Position numbers and translations under genes: made by a program. The notes under the pieces were generated by a model. It was not told where the DNA came from. It did not search any database and worked only from the letters and a program-made list of their open reading frames with translations. This document shows positions 40,180 to 53,957 of a DNA stretch of 64,000 nucleotides, piece by piece. Origin of the DNA: an uncultured Pelagibacteraceae bacterium (GTDB lineage Bacteria > Pseudomonadota > Alphaproteobacteria > Pelagibacterales > Pelagibacteraceae). Where the stretch lies: assembly GCA_902550055.1 (NCBI GenBank), contig CACCXU010000002.1, positions 71,770 through 135,769 on the forward strand. Reading direction: 5' to 3'. Position 1 is the stretch's first letter. Each line of letters starts with the position of its first letter.

Positions 40180-40386
40180 ATGCCAAAATTAAAAACAAAA
40201 AGCTCAGCAAAAAAAAGATTTAAAATTTCAGCTAGAGGGAAAGTTATGATGGCCCAAGCTGGAAAGAGGCACGGCATGATAAAAAGAACTAATTCTCAAA
40301 TAAGAAAACTTAGGGGCACTACTGCGATGTCAAAACAAGATGGTAAAATTGTTAAATCGTATATGCCTTACAGCTTAAGGGGTTAA
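40180..40386 (+). CDS. rpmI: 50S ribosomal protein L35
   Basis: [15 protein letters not shown]...GKRH; infC-rpmI-rplT order. Confidence 0.97.
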   Translation: MPKLKTKSSAKKRFKISARGKVMMAQAGKRHGMIKRTNSQIRKLRGTTAMSKQDGKIVKSYMPYSLRG

Positions 40387-40387
40387 A

Positions 40388-40744
40388 ATGGCAAGAGTTA
40401 AAAGAGGTGTAACAAGTAGAGCTAAACATAAAAAAGTTTTAAAAGCTGTAAAAGGTCAGTGGGGAAGAAGAAAAAATACTATTAGAGTTGCTAAGCAAGC
40501 TATGGAAAAAGCTATGCAATATGCATACAGAGATCGAAGAAATAAGAAAAGAGATTTCAAATCATTGTGGATACAAAGAATCAATGCGGGTGTAAGAGCT
40601 GAAGGTTTGACATATTCCAAGTTTATTTATGGTTTAAATAAATGTGGAATTAAAATTGATAGAAAAATTTTAGCTGAGATAGCCTACGATAGCCCAGAAG
40701 CCTTTAAAACTATTGTCCAAAAAGCACAATCTGCTTTAAATTAA
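40388..40744 (+). CDS. rplT: 50S ribosomal protein L20
   Basis: [33 protein letters not shown]. Confidence 0.98.
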   Translation: MARVKRGVTSRAKHKKVLKAVKGQWGRRKNTIRVAKQAMEKAMQYAYRDRRNKKRDFKSLWIQRINAGVRAEGLTYSKFIYGLNKCGIKIDRKILAEIAYDSPEAFKTIVQKAQSALN

Positions 40745-40787
40745 TCTTCACTATTGTTTTATTTCGCTGAAGAAATAATCTGTAAAA

Positions 40788-41855
40788 ATGTCTGATCTAA
40801 AAAAAATAAGAGACGAATTTATATCAAAATTAAAAGGTAAATTAGATCTAGCAGAACTTAATCAAATTAAATCTGATCTATTTGGTAAAAATGGGTTGGT
40901 CTCATCTCAATTTAAAAAAATAAGTACTATTGATGTCTCAGAAAGAAAAAAATTCGCATCTGATTTGAATATAATTAAGGATGAACTTCATGATCTTATA
41001 AATTTAAAAATAAAAGAAATAGAAAAAGCAAATATTAATGAAAAATTGGAAAAAGAAAAAATTGATGTTACTTTACCAGAGCGATCATTTGTAAGGGGTA
41101 AAATCCATCCTGTATCACAAACAATTGATGAAATATCTTCTATATTTTCTGAAATAGGCTTTAGTATAGAGGAAGGACCAGATGTTGAAAATGAATATAA
41201 CAATTTTACTGCTTTAAATACTCCAGACAATCATCCAGCAAGAGATATGCATGATACATTTTATCTTGATGAAAAAAAAGAAAGATTGCTGCGTACACAT
41301 ACGTCTCCTGTTCAAATTAGAACAATGTTAAAAGACGAACCACCTTTTAAAATAATTGCACCTGGCAGAACATACAGATCGGATAGTGACCAAACACATT
41401 CACCAATGTTTCACCAAGTTGAAGGACTTCATATAGACAAAAATATAAATATGGGTCACTTAAAAGGTTGTTTGAATTATTTTATCAAAGAATTTTTTGA
41501 AGTTAAAAAAATAAAGATGAGATTTAGGCCAAGTCATTTTCCTTTCACAGAACCATCTGCCGAAGTTGATATTGGATATGAAATCAAAGATGGAAAAATT
41601 ATTATAGGGGAAGGTGATCAGTGGCTAGAAATACTAGGTTGTGGGATGGTTCATCCAAATGTTTTAAAAAATGTTAAGGTTGATCCAACTAAGTTTCAAG
41701 GTTATGCGTTTGGAATAGGAATTGATAGATTAGCGATGTTGAAATATGGAATTAATGATCTTAGAGCTTTCTTTGATTGTGATTATAGATGGTTAAACCA
41801 TTTTGGATTTGATCCTTTAGACGTACCTACGAACTATAGGGGCCTAAGTAGATGA
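40788..41855 (+). CDS. pheS: Phenylalanine-tRNA ligase alpha subunit
   Basis: [33 protein letters not shown]. Confidence 0.98.
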   Translation: MSDLKKIRDEFISKLKGKLDLAELNQIKSDLFGKNGLVSSQFKKISTIDVSERKKFASDLNIIKDELHDLINLKIKEIEKANINEKLEKEKIDVTLPERSFVRGKIHPVSQTIDEISSIFSEIGFSIEEGPDVENEYNNFTALNTPDNHPARDMHDTFYLDEKKERLLRTHTSPVQIRTMLKDEPPFKIIAPGRTYRSDSDQTHSPMFHQVEGLHIDKNINMGHLKGCLNYFIKEFFEVKKIKMRFRPSHFPFTEPSAEVDIGYEIKDGKIIIGEGDQWLEILGCGMVHPNVLKNVKVDPTKFQGYAFGIGIDRLAMLKYGINDLRAFFDCDYRWLNHFGFDPLDVPTNYRGLSR

Positions 41856-44263
41856 AAATCACATTTGATTGGTTAAAAGATCATTTAAAAACTAATCTGA
41901 AAGAAAAAAATCTTTTAGAACAACTTACTAATATAGGGCTAGAGGTAGAAAGTGTGGAAAGTCTTTCATCTGATAATCAACTATTTAAAGTTGCAAAAAT
42001 TATCAAGATAGAAAAACATCCAAACGCAGATCGACTTAAAGTTTGTGACGTAAATATCGGTGAGAAAGAGCTTAAAAAAGTTGTGTGTGGTGCCACAAAT
42101 GCGAGTGAAGGACTTATTACTATATATGCACCTCCAGGTGCAATTATCCCAAAGACTAACACAAAATTAGAAATAGCAAAAATTAGAGGTGTAACCTCTT
42201 ACGGAATGCTTTGCTCTGAGTCTGAGTTAAATTTATCTGATGAGAGTGACGGCATTACCGAATTATCTAAAAAATATGAAAAAAATATTGGTAAAAGTTA
42301 TTTTTCAAAATCAAAATCAAATCTTATTGATTTATCTATTACACCTAATCGACCAGATTGTCTTGGTATAAAGGGAATAGCTAGAGATCTTGCAGCTTCA
42401 GGTTTTGGAAGGTTAATAGTATCTAAAGAAAAAAAAATTAAATTAAAAATAAAACAAACTTTAAAAGTTAAGATTACTAAGGAGAAAGGACAAGGGTGTA
42501 ATGCTTTTGGAAGCTGTTTAATTAAAAATGTAAAAAATACTGAGAGTCCTCAATGGCTCAAAGATAAATTAATTTCAGTTGGTCAAAAACCTATTTCAGC
42601 TATTGTTGATATAACAAATTATGTAATGCTAGATATTAATCGACCATTACATGCATATGATGCTGACAAAATTGAAAAAGGGATAATTGTAAGAAACTCA
42701 AAATCTGGAGAAGAATTTACAGCATTGGACAATAAAATTTATAAATTAGAAAAAGGTATGTGTGTTATTAGTGACAACAAAGGAGTTTTAGGATTAGGCG
42801 GAATTATTGGGGGCACAAGATCAGGTACAGAATTTGATACAAAAAATATATTATTAGAGTCTGCTTATTTTGATCCAAGATCAATTAGAAATACAGCAAA
42901 AAAATTGAACTTAGATACAGATGCAAAATTTAGATTTGAAAGAGGAATTGACCCATTATCTATCGAAACTGGTTTAAAGAAAGCGGCATCACTAATTCAA
43001 GAAATTTGCGGTGGAGAAGTTAGTAAAATTGATATTCAAAAAGCTGAGTCTTATAAAACCAAAATTATAAACTTTGATATAAATTCTTTTGAAAATATAG
43101 TTGGATTTAAAATTTCTGAAAAGGAAATCCAAAGAATTTTGACTGATCTTGGTTTTATCATTAAAAAAGAAAAAAATTCTTTAAAGTTGATAGTTCCTTC
43201 CTGGAGACCAGATATTTCACAGCAAATAGACATTATTGAAGAGTTGGTGAGAATAAGTGGTTATGATAAAATAAAAACAATTGACCCAATTAAGGATAGA
43301 TCTAAATCCACTTTAACTCAAACTCAAAGATTATTTCATTTCTTACAAAGAGCAATTGCTTCGAAGGGTTATTTAGAGACAATAACATGGTCATTTACAG
43401 ATCAAAGTTATAATGATCACTTTAGAGAATCTGGTAAAGAAATAAAAATTGTAAACCCTATAAGTTCTGAATTGGGAGTTTTAAGAAATTCTATATTTTC
43501 AAATTTAATCATGTATATGAGTAAAAATTTGGATAGAGGCTTTAAAGATTTATCTATATTTGAGATAGGTCCTGTTTTTACTGGTTCAAATCCAGGTGAG
43601 CAAAAGACAGTAGTTTGTGGTTTGTCAGCTGGTAAAAAATCAAGACTTTCTTGGATCGATAAAGAGAGAAATATTGATTTATTTGATGCAAAAAGAGATG
43701 TAGTGCAAACTTTGAGTGAAGCAGGTTATAATTCTGATCATTTTTTTATTGATAGCAAAACACCAAATTATTATCATCCAGGTAAGTCTGGTAGAATTTT
43801 CTTAGATCATAGTAAGGATAAAGTTGCAGCTTATTTTGGTGAAATTCATCCTAATATTCTAAAAAAAATTGACATTAAAACTGAAAATTTAATAGGTTTT
43901 GAAATCTTTTTAGAAAATTTAAAACTTTCAAGAAAAAAATTGAAAGATCAAAAATTAAAGTTTTCTGTATCGGATTTTCAAAAATCAGAGCGAGATTTTG
44001 CATTTGTAGTTAATAAAGATGTAGAGGCACAAGAGTTAATAAGCGTAATTTCTAATGTGAATCCAAATCTTATTAGCAATATAAAAGTTTTTGATGTTTA
44101 TGAAGGTGAAAATATTCCAGATAACCAAAAGTCTATAGCGATTAGTATAACAATTCAATCATCAGAAAAAACTTTGAACGATAAGGACTTAGAGAAAATT
44201 AATAATTCAATCATAGAAGCAGTGGAAAATAAAACTGGCGCTAAAATTCGATCTTTAAATTAA
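41852..44263 (+). CDS. pheT: Phenylalanine-tRNA ligase beta subunit
   Basis: [33 protein letters not shown] domain. Confidence 0.98.
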   Translation: MKITFDWLKDHLKTNLKEKNLLEQLTNIGLEVESVESLSSDNQLFKVAKIIKIEKHPNADRLKVCDVNIGEKELKKVVCGATNASEGLITIYAPPGAIIPKTNTKLEIAKIRGVTSYGMLCSESELNLSDESDGITELSKKYEKNIGKSYFSKSKSNLIDLSITPNRPDCLGIKGIARDLAASGFGRLIVSKEKKIKLKIKQTLKVKITKEKGQGCNAFGSCLIKNVKNTESPQWLKDKLISVGQKPISAIVDITNYVMLDINRPLHAYDADKIEKGIIVRNSKSGEEFTALDNKIYKLEKGMCVISDNKGVLGLGGIIGGTRSGTEFDTKNILLESAYFDPRSIRNTAKKLNLDTDAKFRFERGIDPLSIETGLKKAASLIQEICGGEVSKIDIQKAESYKTKIINFDINSFENIVGFKISEKEIQRILTDLGFIIKKEKNSLKLIVPSWRPDISQQIDIIEELVRISGYDKIKTIDPIKDRSKSTLTQTQRLFHFLQRAIASKGYLETITWSFTDQSYNDHFRESGKEIKIVNPISSELGVLRNSIFSNLIMYMSKNLDRGFKDLSIFEIGPVFTGSNPGEQKTVVCGLSAGKKSRLSWIDKERNIDLFDAKRDVVQTLSEAGYNSDHFFIDSKTPNYYHPGKSGRIFLDHSKDKVAAYFGEIHPNILKKIDIKTENLIGFEIFLENLKLSRKKLKDQKLKFSVSDFQKSERDFAFVVNKDVEAQELISVISNVNPNLISNIKVFDVYEGENIPDNQKSIAISITIQSSEKTLNDKDLEKINNSIIEAVENKTGAKIRSLN

Positions 44264-44264
44264 A

Positions 44265-46070
44265 ATGAGTAGAATTGATAATATCAGAAATTTTGCAATT
44301 ATTGCCCATATTGATCATGGGAAATCTACAATAGCTGATAGAATAATCCATCAATGTGGTGGTTTAACAGAGAGAGAAATGAAATCACAAGTGCTTGATT
44401 CTATGGACATAGAAAGAGAAAGAGGTATTACAATAAAAGCACAGACAGTAAAGTTAAACTATAAAGCAAAAAATGGAAAAAATTATATTTTAAATATAAT
44501 AGATACTCCTGGTCATGTGGATTTTAGTTATGAAGTAAGTAGATCTTTGTACGCTTGTGAAGGATCAATATTAATTGTTGATAGTACTCAAGGTGTTGAA
44601 GCTCAAACTCTAGCCAATGTATATCAAGCTCTAGACATTAATCATGAAATAATTCCAGTTTTAAACAAAGTTGATTTACCTGCATCCGATCTGGATAGAA
44701 CAAAAAAACAAATTGAGGATGTGATAGGAATTGACACTGAAAATGCAATTCCTTGTTCAGGAAAAACAGGGGAAGGTATAAATGATATTTTGGAACAAAT
44801 TATAGATAAATTACCAAGTCCAAAAGGGTATTCTGAAAAAGATTTAAAATGTTTGTTAGTTGACAGCTGGTACGACGTTTATTTAGGTGTTGTAATATTA
44901 GTTAGAGTTATTAATGGTAAATTAACTAAAAATATGAAAATTAAAATGCTTTCTACAAATCAAGATTATATTGTTGAAAAAGTTGGAGTTTTTACTCCAA
45001 AAGCAAAAAATATAGATGAATTAAATACTGGAGAAATTGGTTTTATTACAACAGGAATTAAGATTCTTTCAGAAACTAAAGTTGGTGACACTATCTGTGA
45101 CGCTTCAAAACCAATTCCAGATGCACTACCTGGTTTTAAACCAAGTAAACCTGTCGTCTTTTGTGGGTTATTTCCAGTTGATAGTTCTGAATATCAAAAA
45201 CTTAAAGATGGATTGGCAAAATTACAATTGAATGATGCTAGTTTTTCTTTCGAACCAGAATCATCCTCTGCTTTGGGTTTAGGTTTTAGATGTGGATTTT
45301 TGGGTCTTCTTCATTTGGAAATAATTACCGAAAGATTAGAAAGAGAATTTGATGTCAATTTACTTACTACAACTCCTGGGGTTGTATATAAGATTAATTT
45401 GAATAGCGGAGAAATTATTGATTTACAAAATCCCTCAAGTCTTCCTGACTTAACTTTGATAAATTTTATCGAAGAGCCATGGATTAAGGCAACTATTATA
45501 ACACCAGACCAATATCTTGGATCAATTATCAAACTTTGTCAGGATAAAAGAGGGGTTCAAACAAATTTAAGTTATTCTGGAAATAGAGCTGTATTGAGTT
45601 ATGAGTTACCATTAAATGAGGTTGTTTTTGATTTCAATGATAGAATTAAATCAATGACTAGCGGATATGCAAGTTTTGATTATGAAATATTAGAACATCG
45701 TGAGGGTGATTTAGTAAAATTAAGTATATTAGTAAATGGTGAAACAGTAGACGCCTTAGCAATAATGATACATAAGGATTTTGCACAGAAAACAGGGAGA
45801 GAGGTATGTGAAAAATTAAAAACATTAATTCCAAGGCATAATTTTATGATACCTATCCAAGCAGCCATTGGAGGCAAGATTATTGCAAGAGAGACTATCA
45901 AAGGATTTAAAAAAGATGTTTTAACAAAAATTCATGGTGGTGGCGCTACCGATAGAAAACGTAAATTATTAGAGAAACAAAAAAAAGGAAAAGCTAGATC
46001 TAAACAATTTGGAAAAGTTGAAATTCCTCAAGAAGCATTTATTGGTGTCTTAAGAATTGATAAAAGTTAG
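44265..46070 (+). CDS. lepA: Elongation factor 4
   Basis: [51 protein letters not shown]. Confidence 0.98.
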   Translation: MSRIDNIRNFAIIAHIDHGKSTIADRIIHQCGGLTEREMKSQVLDSMDIERERGITIKAQTVKLNYKAKNGKNYILNIIDTPGHVDFSYEVSRSLYACEGSILIVDSTQGVEAQTLANVYQALDINHEIIPVLNKVDLPASDLDRTKKQIEDVIGIDTENAIPCSGKTGEGINDILEQIIDKLPSPKGYSEKDLKCLLVDSWYDVYLGVVILVRVINGKLTKNMKIKMLSTNQDYIVEKVGVFTPKAKNIDELNTGEIGFITTGIKILSETKVGDTICDASKPIPDALPGFKPSKPVVFCGLFPVDSSEYQKLKDGLAKLQLNDASFSFEPESSSALGLGFRCGFLGLLHLEIITERLEREFDVNLLTTTPGVVYKINLNSGEIIDLQNPSSLPDLTLINFIEEPWIKATIITPDQYLGSIIKLCQDKRGVQTNLSYSGNRAVLSYELPLNEVVFDFNDRIKSMTSGYASFDYEILEHREGDLVKLSILVNGETVDALAIMIHKDFAQKTGREVCEKLKTLIPRHNFMIPIQAAIGGKIIARETIKGFKKDVLTKIHGGGATDRKRKLLEKQKKGKARSKQFGKVEIPQEAFIGVLRIDKS

Positions 46071-46900
46071 TTTATTATTCTTTTTTCAATATTTTTGTCT
46101 ATCTTAAACAATAAATCATAAGATTTAAAAAATAATGATATTTCATTAATTTTATTTTTTTTATAAAATTTTTCTAAAAGTAATTTAATACTTCTTTGAT
46201 TCTTTTTTTTGTATCCATCATATATTTCTTTTTTAACATTTTTAAAAATGAATATTTTTTTTGTTTTATTTTTAAGAAAATTTGAAAACATTAAATATAT
46301 TTTTAATCTTTTAAATGAAAATTCAATCTTTAATTCCTCAAAAAACCCACTTTCTTTTTTGATTTTAGAGTAATTCAAAATCTTAAATTTTTTTGGAAAA
46401 CCGAAATATTTTATTATTAAAGCAAGTGGATGAGGCAACCAATCAAAATAAGGTTTTTTGGTGCTATTTTTTATATCTTTTTTACCATAGACCATTTCAA
46501 TTTTTTTGGAGTCTTTGTAACTTTTTTTAAAAATTTTAAATTTTTCAAAATTTAAAATATCATTATGATGTATCATAATTTTTTGTTTAAAATTTCTATT
46601 TAATTTGGATATTTTTTTAAGCTCATTGAAATTTTTAACTAAAGGTTTTTCAACAATTATATTCTTTTTATTTTTCATAGCATAATTTAGGTACTTATAG
46701 TGCGAGTCAACTGGTGAAGTAATTATAATAAGATCAAATATATTTGATCTAAAAAATTTTCTAATATTCAGTTTTTTTTTTAGTATGTCCCTTTTTGAGA
46801 AAATTTTAACTAAATTAAACTTATTCGACTTTTCAATTTCTCTTTGAAAAGCCTTACCCATTTTACCTCTGCCTATTAGTCCAATATTATATGCTTTCAT
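46067..46900 (-). CDS. Gfo/Idh/MocA-family NAD(P)-dependent oxidoreductase (putative sugar ketoreductase)
   Basis: [10 protein letters not shown] Rossmann motif, ITSP...H, VEKP, DxxxH; divergent C-terminal half. Confidence 0.75.
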   Translation of the reverse strand: MKAYNIGLIGRGKMGKAFQREIEKSNKFNLVKIFSKRDILKKKLNIRKFFRSNIFDLIIITSPVDSHYKYLNYAMKNKKNIIVEKPLVKNFNELKKISKLNRNFKQKIMIHHNDILNFEKFKIFKKSYKDSKKIEMVYGKKDIKNSTKKPYFDWLPHPLALIIKYFGFPKKFKILNYSKIKKESGFFEELKIEFSFKRLKIYLMFSNFLKNKTKKIFIFKNVKKEIYDGYKKKNQRSIKLLLEKFYKKNKINEISLFFKSYDLLFKIDKNIEKRIIN

Positions 46901-48141
46901 TAAAGTAACCTTGGTTTTGGAAAGGGGATTAAAAATTTTCCTCCTTTTTTCTGAAATTTTTTATTTTTTTTAATTATTAGGTCTGCATAATTCCATGCAA
47001 ATATAATTAAAACGTCTATTTTTTTTCTATCTAAAACAGATGGATTTAAAATATTAATTTTTGTACCAGGGATACACAAGCCATGTTTTAATTTATTATC
47101 ATCAAAAATAAATTGAATATTTTTTTCTGAAATTTCAAAATAATTTAAAAAAGTAGTTGTTTTGGCTGCAGCACCGTAGCCTGCAAAATTCATACGATTT
47201 TTTTTACAATGCTGAATAATCGAGTGCAATTTATGTTTGCAATCTGCAATTTTATTTTCAAATTTTTTATAGGTGACAGTTTTGAATAAATTTAGTGTCT
47301 TTTTTTCTTTCAAGATTTGTTTTTTTATATTTTTTTGAATTCTAATATTTTTGTTTTTTGAAGTATAGACTCTTAACGAGCCTCCTTGAGCATCTGGGGT
47401 TTTAAAATTTATAACATTGAGATTGAATTTTTTTACAAATTTACAAATTGGATACAGCGCATGATAATCTAAATGTTCATGATAAATTGTATCAAATGTA
47501 TTTTTTTTTAAAACTGAGGCCCTATAAGAAATTTCAAATATAAATAATCCATCTTTTTTAAGTAGATTTTGAACCCCACTAAAAAAGTCACTTAAATTTT
47601 CCACATGGGCGCACACATGATTAGCGGTAATTATATCAAAATCACCATATCTTTTTTTTATTTTATCACTTTCTCTTTTAGTAAAAAAATTGTCTATTTG
47701 TATTATTCCTTTTTTTTTAGACAACCTTTTTAAATTTTTAGCTGGATCAATTCCAAGTCTAAAATATTTCTTTTTTTCAAAAAAATTTAGAAAGGTTCCA
47801 TCATTTGAAGCAATATCTAAAATTTTGCCACCACTGCTTTTGTATTTTTTTTTTATTTCATCAGCATATTCTTTAAAATGTAGAAAATTTTTTTTTGAGG
47901 TATTTGTTTTATAAAGGTAATTACTAAACATTTTAGACGGCTTAATAGAGTGGGTTAATTGCAGATGTCCACAATTAAAACAATATTTTAGGCCTAGGGG
48001 ATATCTTTTTAATTTCTTACTTATTTTAACTTTTGAGTAAGCATTTGCTAGCGGAGTTTTTCCTAAATCAATAACTTTCTTTAAATTTTTAGAATTACAT
48101 AAACGACAAAATTTTATCTGAACACAATCTTTTTTTTGCAC
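46900..48141 (-). CDS. NDP-hexose C-methyltransferase-like SAM enzyme
   Basis: N-terminal Zn motif CRLC...DLG.TPLAN...CFNC, DIASNDG, FDTIYHEH, GGSLR, GYGAAAK, AWNY, KFLIPFP. Confidence 0.88.
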   Translation of the reverse strand: MQKKDCVQIKFCRLCNSKNLKKVIDLGKTPLANAYSKVKISKKLKRYPLGLKYCFNCGHLQLTHSIKPSKMFSNYLYKTNTSKKNFLHFKEYADEIKKKYKSSGGKILDIASNDGTFLNFFEKKKYFRLGIDPAKNLKRLSKKKGIIQIDNFFTKRESDKIKKRYGDFDIITANHVCAHVENLSDFFSGVQNLLKKDGLFIFEISYRASVLKKNTFDTIYHEHLDYHALYPICKFVKKFNLNVINFKTPDAQGGSLRVYTSKNKNIRIQKNIKKQILKEKKTLNLFKTVTYKKFENKIADCKHKLHSIIQHCKKNRMNFAGYGAAAKTTTFLNYFEISEKNIQFIFDDNKLKHGLCIPGTKINILNPSVLDRKKIDVLIIFAWNYADLIIKKNKKFQKKGGKFLIPFPKPRLL

Positions 48142-48566
48142 TATTTATATTTTGAGATTATTTTTTTTATCCTTGGTTCTTTATGCATGTTTAATCTAAC
48201 CAAATCTTTTTCATAATCAAATTTGTCTCTTTTTCTACTACTATACGAGAGAAAGTGCGTATTCTTTAAAAAGTAGGCTAAATGATCTTGATTATAAGTT
48301 GTAAAAAATAAGTCGCCTTTTTTCATAACTTTATAATTCAACTTTGATCCTTTAGATCTATTTCTGTAAAAAAATAATATTTCTCCTTTTAATATGTAAC
48401 AAAAATGCTCATCTTTTTTGTGATAATGATTTGCTCTTATGGTTCCTTTTTTTGAAAAAATTTCTATTGATGATGAAAAGCCTTTATCTAATATTTTCAA
48501 TAAGTAACCTCTTTTGTCTTCAAAAACTTTTCCTGTCTTATGAACAAACTTAAATTTTTTTTTCAT
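48141..48566 (-). CDS. Cupin, sugar isomerase/epimerase-like (FdtA/WxcM/RmlC-like)
   Basis: FEDKRG, IRANHYH...E.....GEI cupin motif; context. Confidence 0.7.
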   Translation of the reverse strand: MKKKFKFVHKTGKVFEDKRGYLLKILDKGFSSSIEIFSKKGTIRANHYHKKDEHFCYILKGEILFFYRNRSKGSKLNYKVMKKGDLFFTTYNQDHLAYFLKNTHFLSYSSRKRDKFDYEKDLVRLNMHKEPRIKKIISKYK

Positions 48567-49528
48567 ATTTTTTTAAATATTTTGTGATTTCTTTTATACC
48601 ACTCAATTATCATTGGAAGATCCTTTATTAAATTTCTTTTTGGTCTCCACCCTAATTTTTTTATTTTTTTTGATGAAACTGAGTACCTTTTATCATTGTA
48701 TAATCTGTCTTTGGTAAATTTAATAAATTTTTTTGGATTTTTTTTGAAGATTTTACAAATATGCTTAGCAATGTTGATATTCTTTTCAAAAAAATTACTT
48801 CCAACATTAAATGTGCCTTTATCTTTCTTTTTTACTAAAAGTATTAGTGCGTTTGCAAAATCTTCTGCAGATAAATAATATCTGATATTTTTACCATTTC
48901 CGTGTATAGGGATTGGTTTATTATGAATTAGATTAACAATAGAAGTTGAAATAAGTTTTTCTGGATATTGTCTAATGCCATAGATATTATTAGCCCTTAC
49001 AATTATTATTTCTTTTTTATAAGTATATTTATAACTATTTATCAATATTTCAGCTGCAGCTTTCGATGCAGAATATGGGTTAGTAGGATTTACTAATTGG
49101 TTTTCAAAACAGGTGCCATTTACTTTTTCACCATATACTTCGTCTGAGCTTACATGTAGAATTTTTTTAACTTTTTTTTTAATACATTCTAAAAAAAAAG
49201 CATGAGCACCAATTGAATTGGTTTTTGTAAAATTTAGTGGGGAAATAAAAGAATTATCAACATGACTTTCTGCAGCAATATTTACGGCTAAATCACAATT
49301 ATTTAAAAAATTTGTATATTTTTTGGTATCATTTATATCACTCTTAATAAATTTCACTCTTTTTGATTTTAAAATTGAGGAAATAAAAGATTTATTTCCT
49401 GCATAAGTTAACTTGTCCAGGATTATTATTTTACTTTTAGTAAAGTTTTTAAAAAAAGCTTCAGATACGTGTGAGCCAATAAATCCAGCTCCACCGGTAA
49501 TAAAAATTTTTTTCAATTTATTTTTCAT
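48563..49528 (-). CDS. rmlB: dTDP-glucose 4,6-dehydratase (RmlB-like)
   Basis: TGGAGFIGS, DKLTYAG, AAESHVD, SSDEVYG, PYSASK, QYPEKLI, DR..ND.RY. Confidence 0.85.
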   Translation of the reverse strand: MKNKLKKIFITGGAGFIGSHVSEAFFKNFTKSKIIILDKLTYAGNKSFISSILKSKRVKFIKSDINDTKKYTNFLNNCDLAVNIAAESHVDNSFISPLNFTKTNSIGAHAFFLECIKKKVKKILHVSSDEVYGEKVNGTCFENQLVNPTNPYSASKAAAEILINSYKYTYKKEIIIVRANNIYGIRQYPEKLISTSIVNLIHNKPIPIHGNGKNIRYYLSAEDFANALILLVKKKDKGTFNVGSNFFEKNINIAKHICKIFKKNPKKFIKFTKDRLYNDKRYSVSSKKIKKLGWRPKRNLIKDLPMIIEWYKRNHKIFKKI

Positions 49529-49584
49529 TTGTTGTATAATGATGTAATAAACTATTTAAAAGCCCTAAATTTTGCAAATATAAA

Positions 49585-50403
49585 ATGAAGATATTTGATT
49601 GTTTCATGTATTTTGATGAAGATTTATTATTAGATTTGCGTCTTAACATCTTAGATAAATTTGTAGATAAATTTGTTATAGTTGAGTCAAATCTTACACA
49701 TACTGGAAAATTGAAAGAATTTAAATTTGATATAAATAAATTTAAAAAGTTTGAAAAAAAAATAAGTTATCATCCAATAGAAAATCTTTTAATTGATAAA
49801 AATTTGAAAATTAAAAAAAACTGGTCCCAAAACCATTTAGTTGATCAATCCATAAGAAACTCAATTTCAAATTATATCACTGATGCTTCGGATAATGATT
49901 GGATTATTATTTCAGACATAGATGAATTACCCAATCCTGATATAATTCAGCATTTTGATGTCAGAAATAAATACTCATTTTTTGAGCAACAATTATTTTA
50001 TTATAAATTTAACTTGAAATGTATTTCTGAGCCTTCATGGTATGGCTCCCGTTTGTGTGTAAAAAAATATTTAAAATCACCTCAATGGTTAAGAAATATC
50101 AAAGTGAAAAATCAAGATAATTTATTCAATAAAATTTTTAATAATCAGCAAATATTAAAAAATGGTGGATGGCATTTTAGTTCAGTGAAAAAACCTTCAG
50201 AAATTATAACAAAAATGAAATCTTTTGCGCATAGTGAACTTGTGAAAGATTATATGTTAAATGAAAACTATATAATAAAAAAAATAAATAATTGTGAAGA
50301 TATTTTTGAAAGAAACATTGTTATTAAAAAAGTCGAGTTAAATAATAATTTTCCTGATTATTTATTAAAAAACAAAAATAAGTATAATGAGTTTATAATT
50401 TAA
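49585..50403 (+). CDS. Glycosyltransferase family 17 (MGAT3/GnT-III-like)
   Basis: DCFMYFDE..LLDLRL..L...VD.FVIVES..TH.G, ISDIDELP (DxD), FYYKFN, GGWHFS. Confidence 0.8.
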   Translation: MKIFDCFMYFDEDLLLDLRLNILDKFVDKFVIVESNLTHTGKLKEFKFDINKFKKFEKKISYHPIENLLIDKNLKIKKNWSQNHLVDQSIRNSISNYITDASDNDWIIISDIDELPNPDIIQHFDVRNKYSFFEQQLFYYKFNLKCISEPSWYGSRLCVKKYLKSPQWLRNIKVKNQDNLFNKIFNNQQILKNGGWHFSSVKKPSEIITKMKSFAHSELVKDYMLNENYIIKKINNCEDIFERNIVIKKVELNNNFPDYLLKNKNKYNEFII

Positions 50404-50421
50404 CTATTATATCAATTTTTA

Positions 50422-50511
50422 GGAGAGGTGGCCGAGTGGTTGAAGGCGCACGCTTGGAAAGCGTGTAAAGGGGTAACTCTTTCATGGGTTCGAATCCCAT
50501 TCTCTCCGCCA
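50422..50511 (+). tRNA. tRNA-Ser(GGA)
   Basis: GGAGAGG/TCTCTCC acceptor, CACGC-TTGGAAA-GCGTG anticodon arm, long variable arm, GGTTCGAATCC, G discriminator and CCA. Confidence 0.97.
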
Positions 50512-50622
50512 TAAATAATCTTTATTTTATGCGGTCAATTTGACATTTTTTGTTAATTGATAAAATTATTAAATGAGCAATTTAGTGTAAAAAATGATAT
50601 AATTAATTTTTCCATAAAATAA

Positions 50623-52686
<2,064 letters not shown>

Positions 52687-52688
52687 AA

Positions 52689-53957
52689 ATGAAGTTTTTT
52701 GAAACTTCAAAACAATATTCTTTAAAAAAGTCAATTTATATAAATTTAAGATGGATTGGTATTATTGGTCAATTAATATCGGTATATCTTGTATATTTCT
52801 ATTTAAATTTTGACTTCAACTTTATTTTTGCAAATTTATTTATTTCTATTGGAGTAATTAGTAATTTATTTTTAATTTTTATTTACAAAAAAACTCAATT
52901 ATCAGATAGATCAGCATTTATTCATTTATTTATTGATATAATTCAATTAAGTGGACTAATTTATCTCACAGGAGGTGTAAAAAACCCATTTGTTATTTTT
53001 TTAATAATACCGAGTGTATTTGCCTCCTCAAATTTGAGTTTTAAAACTAATTCATTATTAGTATTATTAACCACTTTATCTATTGTAGGCTTAACCTTTG
53101 TTTCAAAAGACTTACCCAGACCCTTAAGTGATCATTTTCATGTGAGTAATTATTATATCTATGCAATTCCTTTAGCTTTAATAATTGCTCTTCTTTTTTT
53201 AAATTATTTTGCAATTATATTTGGTGCTGAAAGCAAGTTAAGAAAAGATGCTTTAAATAAAATGGAAGAAATTATGGCTAAAGAGCATGAGATGTTATCT
53301 TTAGGTGGACAAGCGGCTGCAGCCGCACATTCATTAGGGACACCTTTATCAACAATAAAGGTAATTACTCAGGAATTATCAAAACAACTAAAAGATCAAA
53401 AAGATGTTTCACAAGATATTAAATTGTTATTAAGTCAAGTTGAAAGGTGTAATGAAATATTAAAAAGATTATCCTTAAATCCTGATCAGGAGGACGAATT
53501 TATTGATGAAGATTTATCAATGAAAGAATATTTACGACAAATTATTTCATCATTTAAGGAAACAAGTAAAAAAGAATTTAGTCTTAATTTAGAACAAGAT
53601 TTAAATTCAAAGAAAATTTATAAATCAATTGAAATTGTTTATGGCTTAAGGAATTTTATCGGTAATGCAAATAAGTTTAGTAAAAGCAAAGTTTTTATAA
53701 ATTTGAAAAGTGATAATGATTTTACAGAAATTACAATTGAAGATGATGGTGATGGTTATCCAAGTGATATTTTATCAAAAATCGGAGAACCTTATCTAAA
53801 ATCATCTGATAAAAATAGTGGATTAGGTTTAGGATTATTTATAGGAAAAACTTTATTAGAAAAAAATTTTGCCATTGTTAATTGTTGGAATTCTCAAACA
53901 AGAAGTGGAGCTGAAGTGACAATAAAGTGGAAAAATAAAGATTTATTCAACCTTTAA
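52689..53957 (+). CDS. regB: RegB/PrrB/ActS redox sensor histidine kinase
   Basis: LRW, TGGxxNPF quinone motif, [12 protein letters not shown]-box, redox Cys in [18 protein letters not shown]. Confidence 0.9.
   Translation: MKFFETSKQYSLKKSIYINLRWIGIIGQLISVYLVYFYLNFDFNFIFANLFISIGVISNLFLIFIYKKTQLSDRSAFIHLFIDIIQLSGLIYLTGGVKNPFVIFLIIPSVFASSNLSFKTNSLLVLLTTLSIVGLTFVSKDLPRPLSDHFHVSNYYIYAIPLALIIALLFLNYFAIIFGAESKLRKDALNKMEEIMAKEHEMLSLGGQAAAAAHSLGTPLSTIKVITQELSKQLKDQKDVSQDIKLLLSQVERCNEILKRLSLNPDQEDEFIDEDLSMKEYLRQIISSFKETSKKEFSLNLEQDLNSKKIYKSIEIVYGLRNFIGNANKFSKSKVFINLKSDNDFTEITIEDDGDGYPSDILSKIGEPYLKSSDKNSGLGLGLFIGKTLLEKNFAIVNCWNSQTRSGAEVTIKWKNKDLFNL

Noticed and set aside
46040-50520. Integrative element with att sites at tRNA-Ser
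   Set aside because: No integrase and no duplicated tRNA fragment seen at the lepA border; the islet lies 5' of the tRNA
50540-50566. gyrB promoter TTGACA...TAAAAT
   Set aside because: Spacer is only 15 nt, too short to call without TSS data
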